Shown here piece after piece: positions 13,831-29,604 of a stretch of DNA of 64,000 nucleotides. The position numbers were made by a program, and so were the translations under genes. Every line of letters starts with the position of its first letter. Within the stretch, counting starts at the first letter, position 1. This DNA comes from Chrysomallon squamiferum (lineage: Eukaryota > Animalia > Mollusca): the NCBI GenBank assembly GCA_012295275.1, contig CM022671.1, forward strand, positions 10,974,001 to 11,038,000, read 5' to 3'. The notes below the pieces were generated by a model, which was not told the DNA's origin, searched no databases, and saw only the letters and a list, made by a program, of their open reading frames with translations.

Positions 13831-14223
13831 ATATCTCAGAGAAAAGGTTTTGTTACTTTATTGTTTTACTTTATTATTATTGTATTCTGCATCTACTTGT
13901 CAGAAACAAATTTTAAAACAATAACTTAGAGATAAACAAAATATATTTAAAATAATCTAAACTACGCTTAAAATGTACCGGATTCGGAAACAGTTTTCAA
14001 AATTTTGTTTGTAAATTTATTTTTCTTAACTAGAAAACTGTGTAAATGCTCAAAAGGTCGCTGACTTTTAAATTAGACGTCTTCAGTTTTCTATATTTAA
14101 TGTTAGTTGGGCAGGTCACCGACAGTATAAACATATCAATTATAAATTATATTTCTGTCTTGCGCGATATTTACGTTTGTTAAAGATTACCTGCGACTGT
14201 ATGAACAACAGCAATATAAAACA

Positions 14224-14260
<37 letters not shown>
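13831..14260 (+). mobile_element. Dispersed repeat copy A with (AAT)n tail (SINE or LINE 3-prime-end-like)
   Basis: Colinear, same-orientation similarity with 31300-31737 over about 400 bp (for example tcaattataaattatatttctgtcttgcgcgatatttacgtttgtt in both); both copies end in (AAT)n. Confidence 0.7.
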
Positions 14261-14263
<3 letters not shown>

Positions 14264-14287
14264 GAAGAAAAATAATAATAAGAAGAA

Positions 14288-14318
<31 letters not shown>

Positions 14319-15079
14319 AAGAAGAAATAGGAGGAGGAGGAGGGGCAGGAGGATACTAACTAGCTAATACCAGTTTATTAAACTGTTTTAAACCACGTTT
14401 TATTCTATCTAAAAAAATAAATGTTAAGAATAATTAGCAGATATTTTAACAGCCAGTGTCAAATAATATAATCCGTCAGAATTCGTCCATATAGAGACCT
14501 AACGTCCACAGACTAACTTTCTTCTGAAGCCTTGGACCCTCCTATAAATTGTGTAAGTTAGTTGAAAGTATGTTTATTTCGTATGACACGGAATACTGAA
14601 AATAAGTTACGGTTTAATTGTGGTTTTTTAATATTTTCTAACTGAATTAACGTCACGGTTTGGAAATACGGATATAAAAAGTAAGAGTTTCAAATAAATT
14701 TAACTTTACTGTTTCATAATTATATATAATTTAAAATTTAAAATATGAATCATAATTGAAATACTTTGGTATACAATTTCTGTCTAACTGCATCGCTTGT
14801 TATAATGATTTATCAGTTAATACTAAAACATAAAAATGCCGAATCGAACTGAAACTTGCCGATAACACCCAAGCGAAACGAAATCAGATCATAAAATGAC
14901 AATTATTGAATTTAAGAATGATTGTGATGTATTATTAATTTTTCCTTCTCTGTAGGACTTGTTTGTGCGTGTGTATGTGTGTGGACAAATGAAAAGTCCA
15001 AGGGACATAACTGCATTACATTTAACGAATACCAATATAACCAAACCATAAAAGACTGAGCATACGGTAATTTTATTAT

Positions 15080-15120
<41 letters not shown>

Positions 15121-15378
15121 TTAAACCGTTATAAAGCATTGTAAAGGCCGAAATTAATTTCATTTATTAATCAAAAATCCGTAAATTTAAAAACGAGTAA
15201 TGAAATATATCTATATATATTAGGTCCACGCACAAACGAATTATAAACATACGTGTGCAAGTTAATACGCAATCACGAATATTTTGTTTATTAATCAGTT
15301 AATTATCATTATTGAGTTCATTTTGAATACAGGCATATTAGATTTTATATATTATGACCTAATGTTTTTAGTACTTGT

Positions 15379-15490
<112 letters not shown>

Positions 15491-15934
15491 ATATTAATTT
15501 TTAACTTCCTAATTATAAACAAAAATCGCTTAATCCTGTGACGGGTTACAGGCAGGCATATTGTTTTTCTAGACAACAGACAGAACGTGAAAATCACGTT
15601 ATGTGTTTACCTTCAGTTAACCTCAGTGTAAAAGGTCATATGCTGGTAATCGATAAACGCACACAGTCGTTGAATTACTATAACTAGTCTCCTGTTAGAT
15701 AATTACCGTTGTGGTTATCATGTGTTTGATAATCCAGAAAGTGTCAACGTAAAAAGTGTTCAGGCATCATTAGGCAGATTTTCATTTATTAGTTAAAGAA
15801 GAGAAAGGTATGTTTGTAATCTGAAAAATAATTGGAGTTTTCTTAGACAGATTAACAGGATGACGATTATTTTGTTCCACTTTGTTTTTATAAAACTGCT
15901 GAATTCCGTTAGACATCTGTTTAATGACGATAAC

Positions 15935-15973
<39 letters not shown>

Positions 15974-17057
15974 AACGCTGCCAACAACAGTTCTATCAAT
16001 AATAGTAACATACATACTTCACCACAGTCTGGTCACTTGAATTAAACTCATTGGCAGCAAAAATTATTTTGTGTCCACGATATGTGTGCTTTAACATTTC
16101 TTAGCTTGAAGTGTGCTACAAATAAGAGTTCAGTCAAAAACATCAACAGATTCTGATTAAACTAAAGTTGCAGTCCACCGCTCAGTTTGATACTTTGCAG
16201 TCATCTTGCAGGAGAGAAAAGTAACTCGTTTCATCGTCTTTGAGGACTGCATGCTGACAGTCAGCGAGTCGTTACTCCACTGAAACACGTACCATTCATC
16301 TACTGCAGCACCTACTTCAAAATACATCTACGGTTACAAAAATACCTCACACATATTGTGTAATTTCAATTTTCAACAGCAACAACATCAGTAATAACAG
16401 CGGTTTTGTTTTGCTATTTTTTTCATTTCTGTAAAACCAGTCAGCTATTTCCTATTACGGAAAAGATGTCCCTAACGAATGTTAGTAGTTTCATGTCCGT
16501 GCAAGAAAATAAATAAAATAAAATAAACACGAAGGCATAACAAAAGACAGTTACCAAACATCTCCTAACATTTTTTTATGAATACTGCAGATATGTTTGA
16601 TCGTTAAGTGTGGTATGTTTTTTCTGTTTATTTCTTATCAGTAATGAGATTTTTTACTCAGGAGAAATGCGTCCTGTTGGCAATTGGCTTCTCCATTCAG
16701 ACTCTGGGTTGTACAGTTCTATGTATATGTACACACAGTTTGTCTATCTGTGTGTCTGCTTGAAATTTACTTGATGAAAAACGGGAAATAAATGAGGCTG
16801 ATCATGTTAGAAAGATAAAGAGTTAAATTAGGAAAAGTCATGATAATTAAAAGAAAGAAATAAGTCTGTACGTTGTTTTAATCAGTCATTAATAAGTTCT
16901 GTTAGGTTTACCCATACAAATACATTCCACGTTTATTTTTAAATGAGCTCAATTAAACGATTTGTTAGGCCATGTACTAGAGAAATGAGGGAAAGGGTGG
17001 ATGTATGTTACACTCTCATAGGTCAGTGCTCAGGATTTTAATAGAGATTTTATACAT

Positions 17058-17106
<49 letters not shown>

Positions 17107-17646
17107 GAGATATATATAAGTAAAATAATACAGTTTCATCCAGTTATTCATTCACAAATATACATTTTGACGTTTACGTGTTTTCAACCAGAGATATTTC
17201 GTATTTCCCCACTCATTGTGTTTGTGTTGAGCAGGAAATCAATCACCACTAACAGGGTACGTGAAGATGAAAAGCTCTGTGACTTTGTTTTACAAACGAC
17301 GTGTAGAAACACGAAAAGACGATGATAATTGCAGATTCCACTTACCATATCTTCATTAAAGAAAAGAAACATTTTCTAACATTAGAAGACGATACGGAGT
17401 ATAAAAACGGGGATAAATGAAATACGCCAAATCAAGAATCGCTTTAAATTATTCAGAAATTAATAATTTAGTAATAACTGTATATTATTTCTATAATTTA
17501 ATGCAGTAATTAAATAATCAGAATAATCAGAATAGTTAGTTTAGTCAATCATTTGTAGTCATGATGAATGAAGAAATTAGAATATACGTTTAAGGCATAT
17601 AAGTATTATATACAAACAAACAAAAAATAATAATAAAACCATAAAA

Positions 17647-17678
<32 letters not shown>

Positions 17679-18106
17679 AATAAAGTAAAACAAAATCAAA
17701 TCAAATCAAATCAAATCAAAATAAAATTAGATAAAATAAGAAAAATGACATATAAACTGCAACAGAAATCATTATCAGTGTTTGAAAAATTTACGAATGA
17801 GCTTGACAGTGAATGAAAACATTAACTAAAAAGGTATCGGTGAGGTGAATTTTGTCGACACTAATACTAAGAAGACTTGAAAATCCTTTTCCCAGCAGAC
17901 TGCTGTTAGTGAAAATGCACTTAGCCATTTTCTTCCCTGAGGGTTGTCGCCGTTATGACAGCCTCTCGTTATCACACTGTTTGAACACTCAGTCCATTCA
18001 AAATAAACAGAAACAATTAGTTATCTACCAACTGCTTCGTCGTTATTAATAACTATTAGTCAGGTCAATGCGTGAAAATTATGGCTGCAACACCCAAACA
18101 ATTATG

Positions 18107-18298
18107 CAAAAGGGGTTATGGTTTTAATTCTATCCATGGGTCATCAGTTACTGGTGAAAAAAGGCACCCAAAATCTGACCCTGTGAACGTGGGTAATTTG
18201 CATAATTTCGAGATGGCGACCCCCTCAAATTTGTGTCATTCAAACTTGCTGATCCAATAACGTATGACTCATGGATAAAAAAAAGTTAAAACCTTTTG
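18107..18298. mobile_element. MITE-like element with imperfect terminal inverted repeats
   Basis: tatccatgggtcatcagttactgg (18131-18154) pairs with ccaataacgtatgactcatggata (18254-18277) at 20/24 positions; outer caaaagg and ccttttg ends are also complementary; no coding capacity. Confidence 0.5.
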
Positions 18299-18307
18299 AA
18301 TAATGAT

Positions 18308-18338
<31 letters not shown>

Positions 18339-20683
18339 CAGAGAGGTAAACATTCGGTGAACATAAAATTCCCCCTGATGATTTTAATTGTCTAATTTTC
18401 AGATGCCAAACGTTAACTCATCAAGCAGTTGTATATAATTTAATTATACAATCTCTAACATGAATGATTTAAAAATAATTGTTCTCTCAAATAATTGAGC
18501 TCAAACTGAAAGAATTAGGAACTGTATAATGAAAACTGAGTTTGAACTAGACCTTTTATATAAAAAAAAAATCACGTTTTACATGATCATTTCTTTAACT
18601 GATAACTGTAACCTTCAGTGATTGTAAATGTGTCTGGTTAGACCAGTTTAATTCAGGTTATGTTCTCGAAACAGACTAATTTTGCTGCTTAAGTAAGTGA
18701 TTTAGTTAAACACAAATAACACAGAGACAAAACAGACTTACTCAGTAGGTTGTAATTTCCCCAGAGATCCACTTCTTCGGAAAATAATAAAAATAAAAAC
18801 GATCTTCCTAACATAATTCTATAATAAAAGTTTCTTACATACATACCATGATGTTTGCACGAGTAGACATTTTGACAGTATTTTCAGTTGCTTCCTGGTT
18901 TTTTATTTTTATTTTTATTTTTTTATTTCTGTTGCCGAACTACGACATTTTGAAATTGTAAAGAAAGAAACATTTAACAATATTCAAACAACATATGCAA
19001 TGTGAAAAAATGTATTTTGCACATTTTGAGCATTCACTTTAATGTCAGTCATTCTGCTTTGCACGTTAAATCAACGTTGATATCTCTGTGCTGGTTAATT
19101 TCTACATGTGAGCCATGAGGAACGTTAACACAAGCTATGCACGTGTGAGTGTGCATGCGCTTTGCGGGTTTCAGGATCATGAATTACTTAGCTTTTGCAG
19201 GTGTAGAATAAAGATTGTTCTGAAAAAGAAAATATCGGGCTTTATGTCTGCTAAGAGGGTTTTTTCGTGGATATTTTCAAAGCAACAGGGAAAATTTACT
19301 TTTCCAAATTATTAAAGGCACGAACCTACTATCTAGTTTACTCTCTCCCTCGAACACGCAGAGACACGCAGAAACACGCAAATACACACGTACACACGTA
19401 CAAGAGGAAGCACGCTCACACACGTCACACCGTGTAGTCAGTATCTAAAATGTTTTCTCTCCAGCAGCTGATCAACTTTGACACAGCATGCACTTACATT
19501 TTTGTACAACCAAACAATACCCACAAGTAATTACTTACTTATACTTTCTAATTATTATTTCGCATAACCCGGAAGATATCTTTTTTCACCTAAAAATAGG
19601 ATGATTTGCTCATTCTGAATATTTTCTTATCTAACAGTAAATCTCATTAATACCAAATGTAGTAAAAATAAAATTTCTGTCAGTTAACCTTCTCGGCTGA
19701 AATGTTGTTTCTAAGCCTGTGTTTATACTAGTCTAAGTGTCTTAATGTCTCTGTATTTTATTTTGTTTATTTCTTTATTATTGTTTGTGTGTGTGTGTGT
19801 GTGTGTGTGTGGGGGAGGGTGTGTGTGTGTGTGGGGGAGGGTGTTTGTTGTTTTTCTTTATGCACGTGGATGCTTGTATGTTCTGCAATATAAACTTTAA
19901 ACAGAAGCAAATTTTAATTAATTTAATTTTAATTAATTTAATTTACTTATTCAATTATACTATTATTGATTTATTTATAGTTCTTCTGCAATCTTTCTGA
20001 TTTTTTTCTTAAATATTTCTCTGGCTAAGAACTGTTTTCTAAGTCTTCTTCTGCCAATAAAATACCAAAGTTTACCGGCACTCCGGCTAATTACGCCATA
20101 TTTGCAGCCCGAGGAAGACGACTTGGTTACATTTGAAACCATCGCGGTGGTGCTGTGCCTCAGGTGGTTGTTACCTTCATCAAACACAGAGTTTCTTGCA
20201 CGAAAAACAAACAATAACGCAATACATGAATTCAGACTCTCGAGAAAACCGTGCACATCAAAGAAAACGTGTGGGTTTATTTTTTATGTTGCAGTGTATT
20301 TATCTACAGTCGAGCTATTTCTGATTTATTGTTTTTACAGGAATTAAAAATAAAAGCCAAGGACTCTAACTTGGCTTCTGTTCCACCCCAAGGCAGGCGA
20401 CTATTTGGTCTATTGACATTTTGAAAGAATTATTATTTTTGTTTAACGTTGTATTATGTATTCCTCATTATAATTATTCTGACATAGAAACATTGATTGC
20501 TGACAATTAATTTTATTTCAGGGTTTCAATAGATAACCCATGTATAATCCTGGTTATACTAAATCAAAATCAAGAGTGGGTACGTTTTGGTATGCTTGAG
20601 TATGTCCATATACGTCAAATCGTGTGTCTGTGTTTTATATATATATATATATATCTATATTACAATTATTATTATTATAATTT

Positions 20684-20687
<4 letters not shown>

Positions 20688-20768
<81 letters not shown>
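20688..20768. repeat. (CT)n microsatellite
   Basis: Directly visible. Confidence 0.97.
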
Positions 20769-20770
<2 letters not shown>

Positions 20771-22307
20771 CAAATACACTGGTCGTATGAAGAGGAATGA
20801 GCCATAGAAAAAATGTATATCCCATTCCACCCAGAAATGATGAATGTTTTAAAAAGACTGCGTATTTTTTCTTCCCGTGTATTGCTGATTATTAATACGA
20901 TTCCAAAACACCATTACGTCAAATCATATTTAATTTGCTTAAATACTCATTTATTTAGATATCCCTTTGAACTGTGGTAAACTAACATTTAACTTGATCT
21001 GAATGTTAATGGCTCATATCTTGTTATCTGCCTCATACAGCATAGAGCAAGCAATTTCCTGAAACTGTTTGCGATATAATTAGATCTCATTCGGAACAAA
21101 TGCTATTTTCACATCACTGTTTGATCAGCAGATGAACGCTTAGTTAAAACTTTTTCTAGCTGATTTATGATGATGGAAGAACGGTGTGATGATCAATTGA
21201 AAGAGATATACTTGCACATTGATGTCTGCGTAGTAAATATTAATATGTTTTATTTGAAATATTTCTTTTAAAAAAATCACCATCTTTTGTTTTTATTTAA
21301 TAAAGATATTCTGTAACGTGTTTATCGGTGAGTGAAAAAACCTGAAAGGAAAGTTGAGTGAGCTGTTTTAATGTTGTTTCGCTTCATCAGTAATCAAAAT
21401 AATTAGATCAAAGTTCAGTGTGAGTTATATATTAAGGATGGAGGCACATTAGATATTTTTTAAAACACTTTTTACCTTTGTTAGTTTCTTACGTTACAGA
21501 TTAACATAGATAAAGAAAGAGATAAATAACTATTAAATATTTCTGGACATTATGTTTTATAAATGTTTATTTGCACATGTCGAATTTTTTTTTATTAGTT
21601 TTTGTTTTTCGTCTTAGTATGCGGTCTTGTACACTTCGGTAGTAATTTTTAAATTAATTTTTTTGTAAATTTCTACATGAATAACTTGGCAGTGATATCT
21701 GCAGTGTTCAAATTATTCGTGTTTGGCTCATTAAATCAATACATTTTTCAAATTCAATAACGAGAAAAATTCTTTCGACATTTAAATAATTCAGCCAATT
21801 ATTTTTCAGTTACAGAATTCCTTGGTACCTAAATTCATAGTTAAATCTCGTTAACCGAATTCCAAGTCAGGAATTTCATATCAGTACAACAAAAAATAGT
21901 CAAAACATACATTACTGGTTTTTACATCTTGAATTCATCATCGTAAACTGTTCGTAAAAATAAATGAAGCACTTACCTACATACAGATGAACTTACAAAA
22001 ACATCAGACTAATTGTTAGAAACGTGTTTTTGTTTGGTTATTATTGAATTTTGTTTCTTCAAAAAACACCTACCCCCCAAAAAAAAAAAACAATATAGAA
22101 GACAATAATCTAATGAATCTATTTAAATTAAAGGATTCAAAAGGATACAAAAAATAACTAAGTAAAATATATAAAATTGTGAAAATATCGTATAACATAA
22201 GTTCAATATAAAAAATCTGTATTCCTAACTTGAGAGTTTTTTTATTATTATTTTTTTTTATCCTTCTCTTCTTTTTAATACCATAGTTATGGAAATAGTA
22301 GAAATGT

Positions 22308-22347
<40 letters not shown>

Positions 22348-22677
22348 GAATTTATTTTTGTTTGTTATTTTGTACTTGTAGGTATAAACAGAACCATAAT
22401 ATGCTCTTCAAAACAGGATTTTATGTTTAGTTTCGTTCAATATTTAATTAATTTTTTTATTTTATTGTTTGATGTCAACGAATGTTGATTTGATAAAGAA
22501 CATTAAAATATGAAATGTTCGGAATTAATAATCATTATAAAATGAACTATTAACCTGTCTTTGTACAAAAGGATTCCTGTTTCATGCTGTCAGTATTAAG
22601 ATCGAGCAGTCTGTTATTTTACTATTTCTTGTTCCTTCTTCTTTTTTATATATATATTATTATTATTATTATTATTA

Positions 22678-22709
<32 letters not shown>

Positions 22710-23617
22710 AATTTTCTCTTCTTAAAAATATTTATTGTGATAAAATAGACGAATATAAATAGATTGAAAGATAGAGTGCGCAGGTATTTAGAATTTTTTT
22801 TTAAATGTTTTAGATTATCTGTAAAATAAGTGAGACAAAGGTTTAGAGGTGGTTTAACCCGCTTTGCCGGACAGATTAACAGCACGGGAGGTTACAGCCT
22901 GTTCCACTAAACACGGGATACGATCCCATTATTATTTCCTCACCTAATCTTATCTCTCGCAGCTAACTTTAACTACAGTTGTATCGTGATAACACATACA
23001 CATTCATGTGAGTGATGCCAGATGTAATGAACAAACGTTATGAATGACTATAATTTTAACTAAGTGAATGACGAATTATTGCCACATGCAATAAAATGAA
23101 CGATGAAGTGATTGAACTATTGTTTTTCAAGCCATTTATTGAATTAAACTATACCATAATCACCTATTGTACTAGTGGGATTAGTGGGCATCGGCGATTT
23201 CTATATAAGAACAATAGCCACGTGGAGAACCACTTTTACTGAAGAGACAAGCTTATTAATTTTATTATTTTTCCGTGTAAAATCCGCCAAAAACCCTCGT
23301 ACTCCATAGAATCTGATCTGTTGTTTGTTTTAAACTTTTGCTCTTTTGTGTTTTCTGAGAAAAACCTTTAGACAAAAATTTATAAAAATATACTGTATTA
23401 CAAATAAATCTATTACAGCAACATTAAGAGCCGCACTAGATATTTTAGGTTAGCTGAACAAAATCACGGAAAATCTCGCCAATTCTCATTTGTGAAAAAA
23501 CTTTCAATAGCTGTAAGAAAGGTTGTGCTGCGGTATATTTAAAAAACAAATGCCAGAGCGCTGTTATTTATGTATTCATCGTAACCGCATGACGCGGAGA
23601 TGTAATCACTGTAGCAG

Positions 23618-23711
23618 TTTTTATATAGTAACATTTTTATACAGTAACATTTTTATATAGTAACATTTTTATACAGTAACATTTTTATATAGTAACATTT
23701 TTATGTAGTAA
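23618..23711. repeat. 17-bp tandem repeat, about 5.5 copies
   Basis: tttttata(t/c)agtaaca units with alternating T/C. Confidence 0.9.
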
Positions 23712-23864
23712 AATGTTCAGGTGGAGTAAACATTAAAATGTCTACGTGGATTATTCAGCAATTAAATAAATAAGCAATGTTGACAATGGTATTTACCAGA
23801 TTCTTTGATTAATTACCAGTGTCTAAAACTAATAAATATGAAAAGTTTAAAAAAATGAAATAAA

Positions 23865-23944
<80 letters not shown>

Positions 23945-24336
23945 TAATCTAACAAATTTAATTCATTCTATAATCACCCATCAAAACAGTTCTCTACTTG
24001 GTGTTTTGCTATCACCACATCAAACCCCCACGTTTTGCTTTGTTCGCAGCAAACTGCGTTCATGGATTCGTCAGTCTTACTTCAGAACTGAACTGAATAA
24101 CCTGAGAGTGATTAATATGTGTGCAGTCGTTAATAACAAGTCACAGAGACTCCAAAAAAAGTCAAACACGGAAATCTTCGTTTACGTATCAGTCTCTCAT
24201 CGTTTGGTTCAGTGATTTCGTATTAGTGTGTAAAAACTCGTATAAATAATCTAGCAACTTTGAAGCTTCGATGGAAATGTTTAAATAGTTATAACTGATA
24301 TTCCTATTTTAGGAATAATGATAGTTGTGATGGCTA

Positions 24337-24395
<59 letters not shown>

Positions 24396-24600
24396 ATATT
24401 TATACATACACATATTTTTTTGGACTACGTGATGTCGCTTGTTGATAATTTGACTCCGTACAGTTTAGTGCCATACTGCAAAGAAAAAGTCAACACTGTG
24501 AACTGTAACTGTTAGTACAGCGTGTTTTTCTGACGTACCCGAACAAACCACTCAATGAATAACAAATTAAAAATAAAGTTTAAAAAAAGAGTAAAATAAA

Positions 24601-24657
<57 letters not shown>

Positions 24658-27007
24658 TTTATAATTTGTAATTAATAATGAAAACAGAACAAAAAAATGT
24701 TGAAAAGCATATACAGTTTATCACACATTCATAACAAACACAAATAAACATCATTTAAATATGTCGGCCTGCTTTCTTTATAATAAAAACGATTAATTTC
24801 ATATTCCTAAAACGATTACAGTATTCCACAAAGAAATAATATACATATACATATACATATACATATATATTTATTTCGCAAAGAAACTAGAGTTTATATA
24901 GACAACAAGATAAATATCTTTCTGGAATATGTTACGCTCTTTCCCGTTCATTTCAGTGTCTCAGGACTGATTTGTTAAAGTGTGCAGTATATTATTATAA
25001 TTCCTATCTGGGAGAAGATTAACAGGCGAGCTCTGTTGTTGTTGTCGAGAAGAAAATACATTTCTATTTGTAAGTATGTTCTCTTCTTTCTCGTTCTGCA
25101 CCACGTTTTCTGTTTGGGTCTGAAATTTTCTCTCTCTGTCTCTGTGTCTCTTATTCCAGAAATGTTTCGTGAAATCATCCTTGGAAATTGATCAAAATTC
25201 TCGGTTCGAAATCGCAGTTAACTTAAAAAGGAAGATGGCTTATACTACTGAATGAAGTAAATTTAAGATGTGTATAGGAATGCAAAGTTTCGTTATGTTA
25301 CAGAGCACATGTTTTATCATCATGACCAAGTGATGTGGGCGAATCCTGTGTAATTCGCTACAGTGAAATGAATAGACGAGATTAAATAGAAATACTTGTG
25401 AAATCGAAGCACTGCAGATTATTAACTCAATGAATCTCAGTGTCAGCCCCTGATTTTATTACATTACGAAATGAGCTTAAGAAAAACTGATCCTGCGATC
25501 AAATCCGTTTTATTTCTACTGACAAACGGCGGCAAACTGGCGCCATTCTGATACGAATTTCTAACTATAGTTTGCTTCTTTTGTTATGATGCGACTTTTT
25601 AAAAAAGAAACGAAATAAAACATGCAATATAAGTAAAAATAAGTGGAGGTTAAGTCATGAAAAATTAATCCGAATAGTAGTTATAAAATGATGTCTGATA
25701 TGTAAAATAAAAAAGAGAAAACTCCTATTACTATTAAAGTAGCTGACATCACTTTAGTCTGATATGTTTAAACACTGTGTATAAATATGAAACCAGTAAC
25801 TGTATTTTCTTTCTTTCTTTCTTTTTTTTTTTTTTCCTGATTAAATTAAAGACGGGTGATTTAGACATGCAAATAAAGAAATACTATGTCACAAACATGT
25901 TTCATTCTGCTAACCAGAACAATGTTGATGACACTCAAAGAGATCCGCGCTTGGAGTAGATTTCTTTTCATCTGCCCACTAAACTACTCATTTAGTCATT
26001 AACTACAGTCGCAAGTAGATCAAACAACTTGTTTGTGTCTTCTTACGTTTTAATAAATTCTACTCAGTAATGTCCTGAAATGATGACGAGGGCGTGTATA
26101 TTTGGAATTTTATTGGTAGAAGACATTTAAAAGATCTAAATCTAAAACAGAAAAGAACATAAAAATCAGTTGCTTAATTCTATATATTGTATTACTTTTT
26201 TTCCTGTGATGTCTCAATTAATGTATGAACTTTGGCTTCATGACATCTTAGCATATGTTAACAACTGTTTTATATGGAGAAATAGTTTGTCTTAAACTAA
26301 GACACGACGGAGGAAATTCGACGCCGAGCACTGTAGGAGATTGTAGGAATGAAAGAAACGGGAAAAACAAGAAAAGAAACAGACGATTTTAAAAAAATGA
26401 TTTTATTTCACAGAAAATACATCACTTATTCACATGAAACTGTATCATTATTTAATTACACCACAAATCAAGTGATAACAAAACAGTTAATGCATTTTGT
26501 TTTTTTGTGTGTTTTGTTTTAGTCTCTGAGCAGAAACCTGTCCCTGCCTCTCTTCCGGTTTGCGCTACTTGGAAACCAGGCAGAGCAGCCTTTGATACAG
26601 AATTCCTGCTGGTGAGAAATATTCTAAAGAGTTTATTTTATACTAAAACAGCTGTTGTTGTTGTTGTTGTTGTTATTATTATTATTATTATTATTACATT
26701 TTTGCATATGTGTGAGTATGTGCGTAACAAACGCCTTTGTCAGTCGCACACTTTTCCTTAAAATTGTGAAATAGCGAAATTAGTGTCTCGCTGTTTTGCT
26801 GCCTCTCACGGACATCTCAAGACTGAGACAGTCTCGCGACAGCGGGAGGAAACGACCACGCCAAGTTTATCCATTTGTTCACAGACGTAGCGACTGATGC
26901 ACATTATACTCTCCTTTGCTTCGTGACATGGCCAAAGTTGAAAACGCCGTCGTCATTCACAGCTGATTTAACATACTGATTTTGAAGACGTAATGTAGAA
27001 CATATTA

Positions 27008-27133
<126 letters not shown>

Positions 27134-28089
27134 GATGTATAATATGTACGGTGTGTGTGTTGGGGGAAGAGATGCATTTTCATACGCAGGACCATTCAAA
27201 CGGATCAGTCCAGGATGCACTGTCATTGTTTATTTAGTTACAGAAATGCTAACTAAAGCCAGTATCTGAATAGTAATTACTAATGAACGACTACTGCTGT
27301 TTTTTTTACACTTTAGTTTTGTGTCAAACGATATCCATCAACAACTTAATGGAAACAAGTCTGGCATGATGATTTGGTCACGAGACCCTGGAGGGCTGTC
27401 CATCACCTGGCGGTACAACAGCTTAGAGCTCCTTGTTTGATTGCCAGACAAGTACATCGAATTCATCAACTACGAAATATTTTCACTTCATTTCTTTTTT
27501 TTACTCTTTTATTTTAATTTTTACAATAATGAGTCACTACTGGCGGTTCTGAATCATTTTGAACATGGTTTTGATTCTTCGTTATCTCTGGGGTGTAATT
27601 AGAAATATTTTTAGTCGTTTGTGTAACATAATCCTAAAAAGAATTTTACAATGAAAGGTTATTAAACATTTTATATAATTGCTATGTTATTTTTCAACTT
27701 AGATATCTGAAAATTCTCAGTGTTTTTCTTTTTTTCATTTTGTTTTTCATTATTATTATTTTTAATACAATTAAAATACATCAATATCGTAAGTACACTT
27801 GAAGACGTAATGTTATAAGACTGTTTTAGACATTAACACTGACTTGTAGTCACAGCAACAAACTCGTACTTGACGACCTAACACTTGGAAATATCTCCAG
27901 CTAACCAACAGCTTTAACTGTTCTGACATTACATGAGACATCATAATGATCATTATGATATACGAATTTAGACTTTTAAAGCACAGGATATTACGTGACG
28001 GACAAAAACAACGAACAAACGTAAACAACTTGCAGAATACTCGAACTCCGTGGTGGGTTATTGGAGTGCAGACCTGAACACTGTGTATA

Positions 28090-28159
<70 letters not shown>

Positions 28160-28980
28160 AATTTGTATAAAAGAAGCTTCATATTCACAAGCTAACGGAC
28201 ACATGCGCAGAACAAAATGTACTGACCATTTACAAGTTAACTTTAATAACACCCGGTTAAGTTTTATGTAGACTGGTATCGGAAATTAATGGGGCATTCT
28301 GTCGGAAGGGAGTTCCTGAAACACATTTAAAAACAAAACAACAACAGCAAAATACGATATTGTATTCAAATCCGTTGTGAAATGCCAGTTAGGAGATGCC
28401 TTGGACGCTGTTTATGTAACCAGTACAGTAATTGATGAAGTAGATCGAAACAGTACGTTTTTTTAGACACGTTTACCAGAAGATATAAAAACAAAGAAAC
28501 ACGCCTGTAAATCACTTAGAAAATGTATGTAATTGCATTTGTGTGTGCTGTCACGATATCTTGTTGCTTTCATTCGCAGTACAGTGGAACCATTGCAGTT
28601 AAATCTGGGGAAAAACAAACAGTTTAATAAACATCATTAATCCTGTTAAAAATCACAATGTAATATTATCCAGTAACACTATTCTCAGTACAGTCTCTGA
28701 GGCATTATACTGTCATCATGAACTCGTTTTAAAAATCCCTCTATATCGCATTTCTTCATCTAGAGAGGTATAATAGAATGCTTTCAACAGATTTTTCTTT
28801 TTAATACCATTACGATTAATACTTTGTTATTGATCACATATATATATATATATCAGTGCATACATGTGTTGTGTTTCTATATATTTATGTATGTTTGTAT
28901 AAATGTATGTATGTAACACAAGTAAGTGATTTACACAGCTCTACTTAAATTATTACAACCGCACTTTAATTAGTATCTAT

Positions 28981-29604
28981 TCTGATATTGTGTACTGACA
29001 TTGTTACACTCTACTAACATTGTTACAACTCTACTGACATTGTTACAACTCTACTGACATTGTTTAAACTCTACTGACATTGTTATAACTGTACTGACAC
29101 TGTTATATCTGTTCTGACATTGTTATAACTGGACTGACATTGTTATAACTCTACTGACATTGTTATAACTGTACTGACACTGTTATATCTGTTCTGACAT
29201 TGTTATAACTGGACTGACATTGTTATAACTCTACTGACATTGTTATAACTGGACTGACATTGTTACAACTGTACTGACATTGTTATATCTGTACTGACGT
29301 TGTTATATCTGTACTGACATTGTTATAACTGGACTGACATTGTTATAATTGGACTGACATTGTTATAACTGGACTGACATTGTTACAACTGTACTGACAT
29401 TGTTACAACTGTACTGATATTGTTACAACTCTACTGGCATTGTTATAATTGTACTGACACTGTTATATCTGTACTGACATTGTTATAATTATACTGATAT
29501 TGTCGTAACTGTACTTATATTTGTTAAAATTGTACTGACATTGTTAAAATTGTACTGACATTGTTATCACTTTAGTGATACTGTTGTAACTATTCTGACA
29601 TTGT
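28981..29604. repeat. 21-bp minisatellite, about 29 copies
   Basis: Consensus actgacattgttataactg(t/g)-type unit with scattered substitutions and degenerate edges. Confidence 0.95.
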
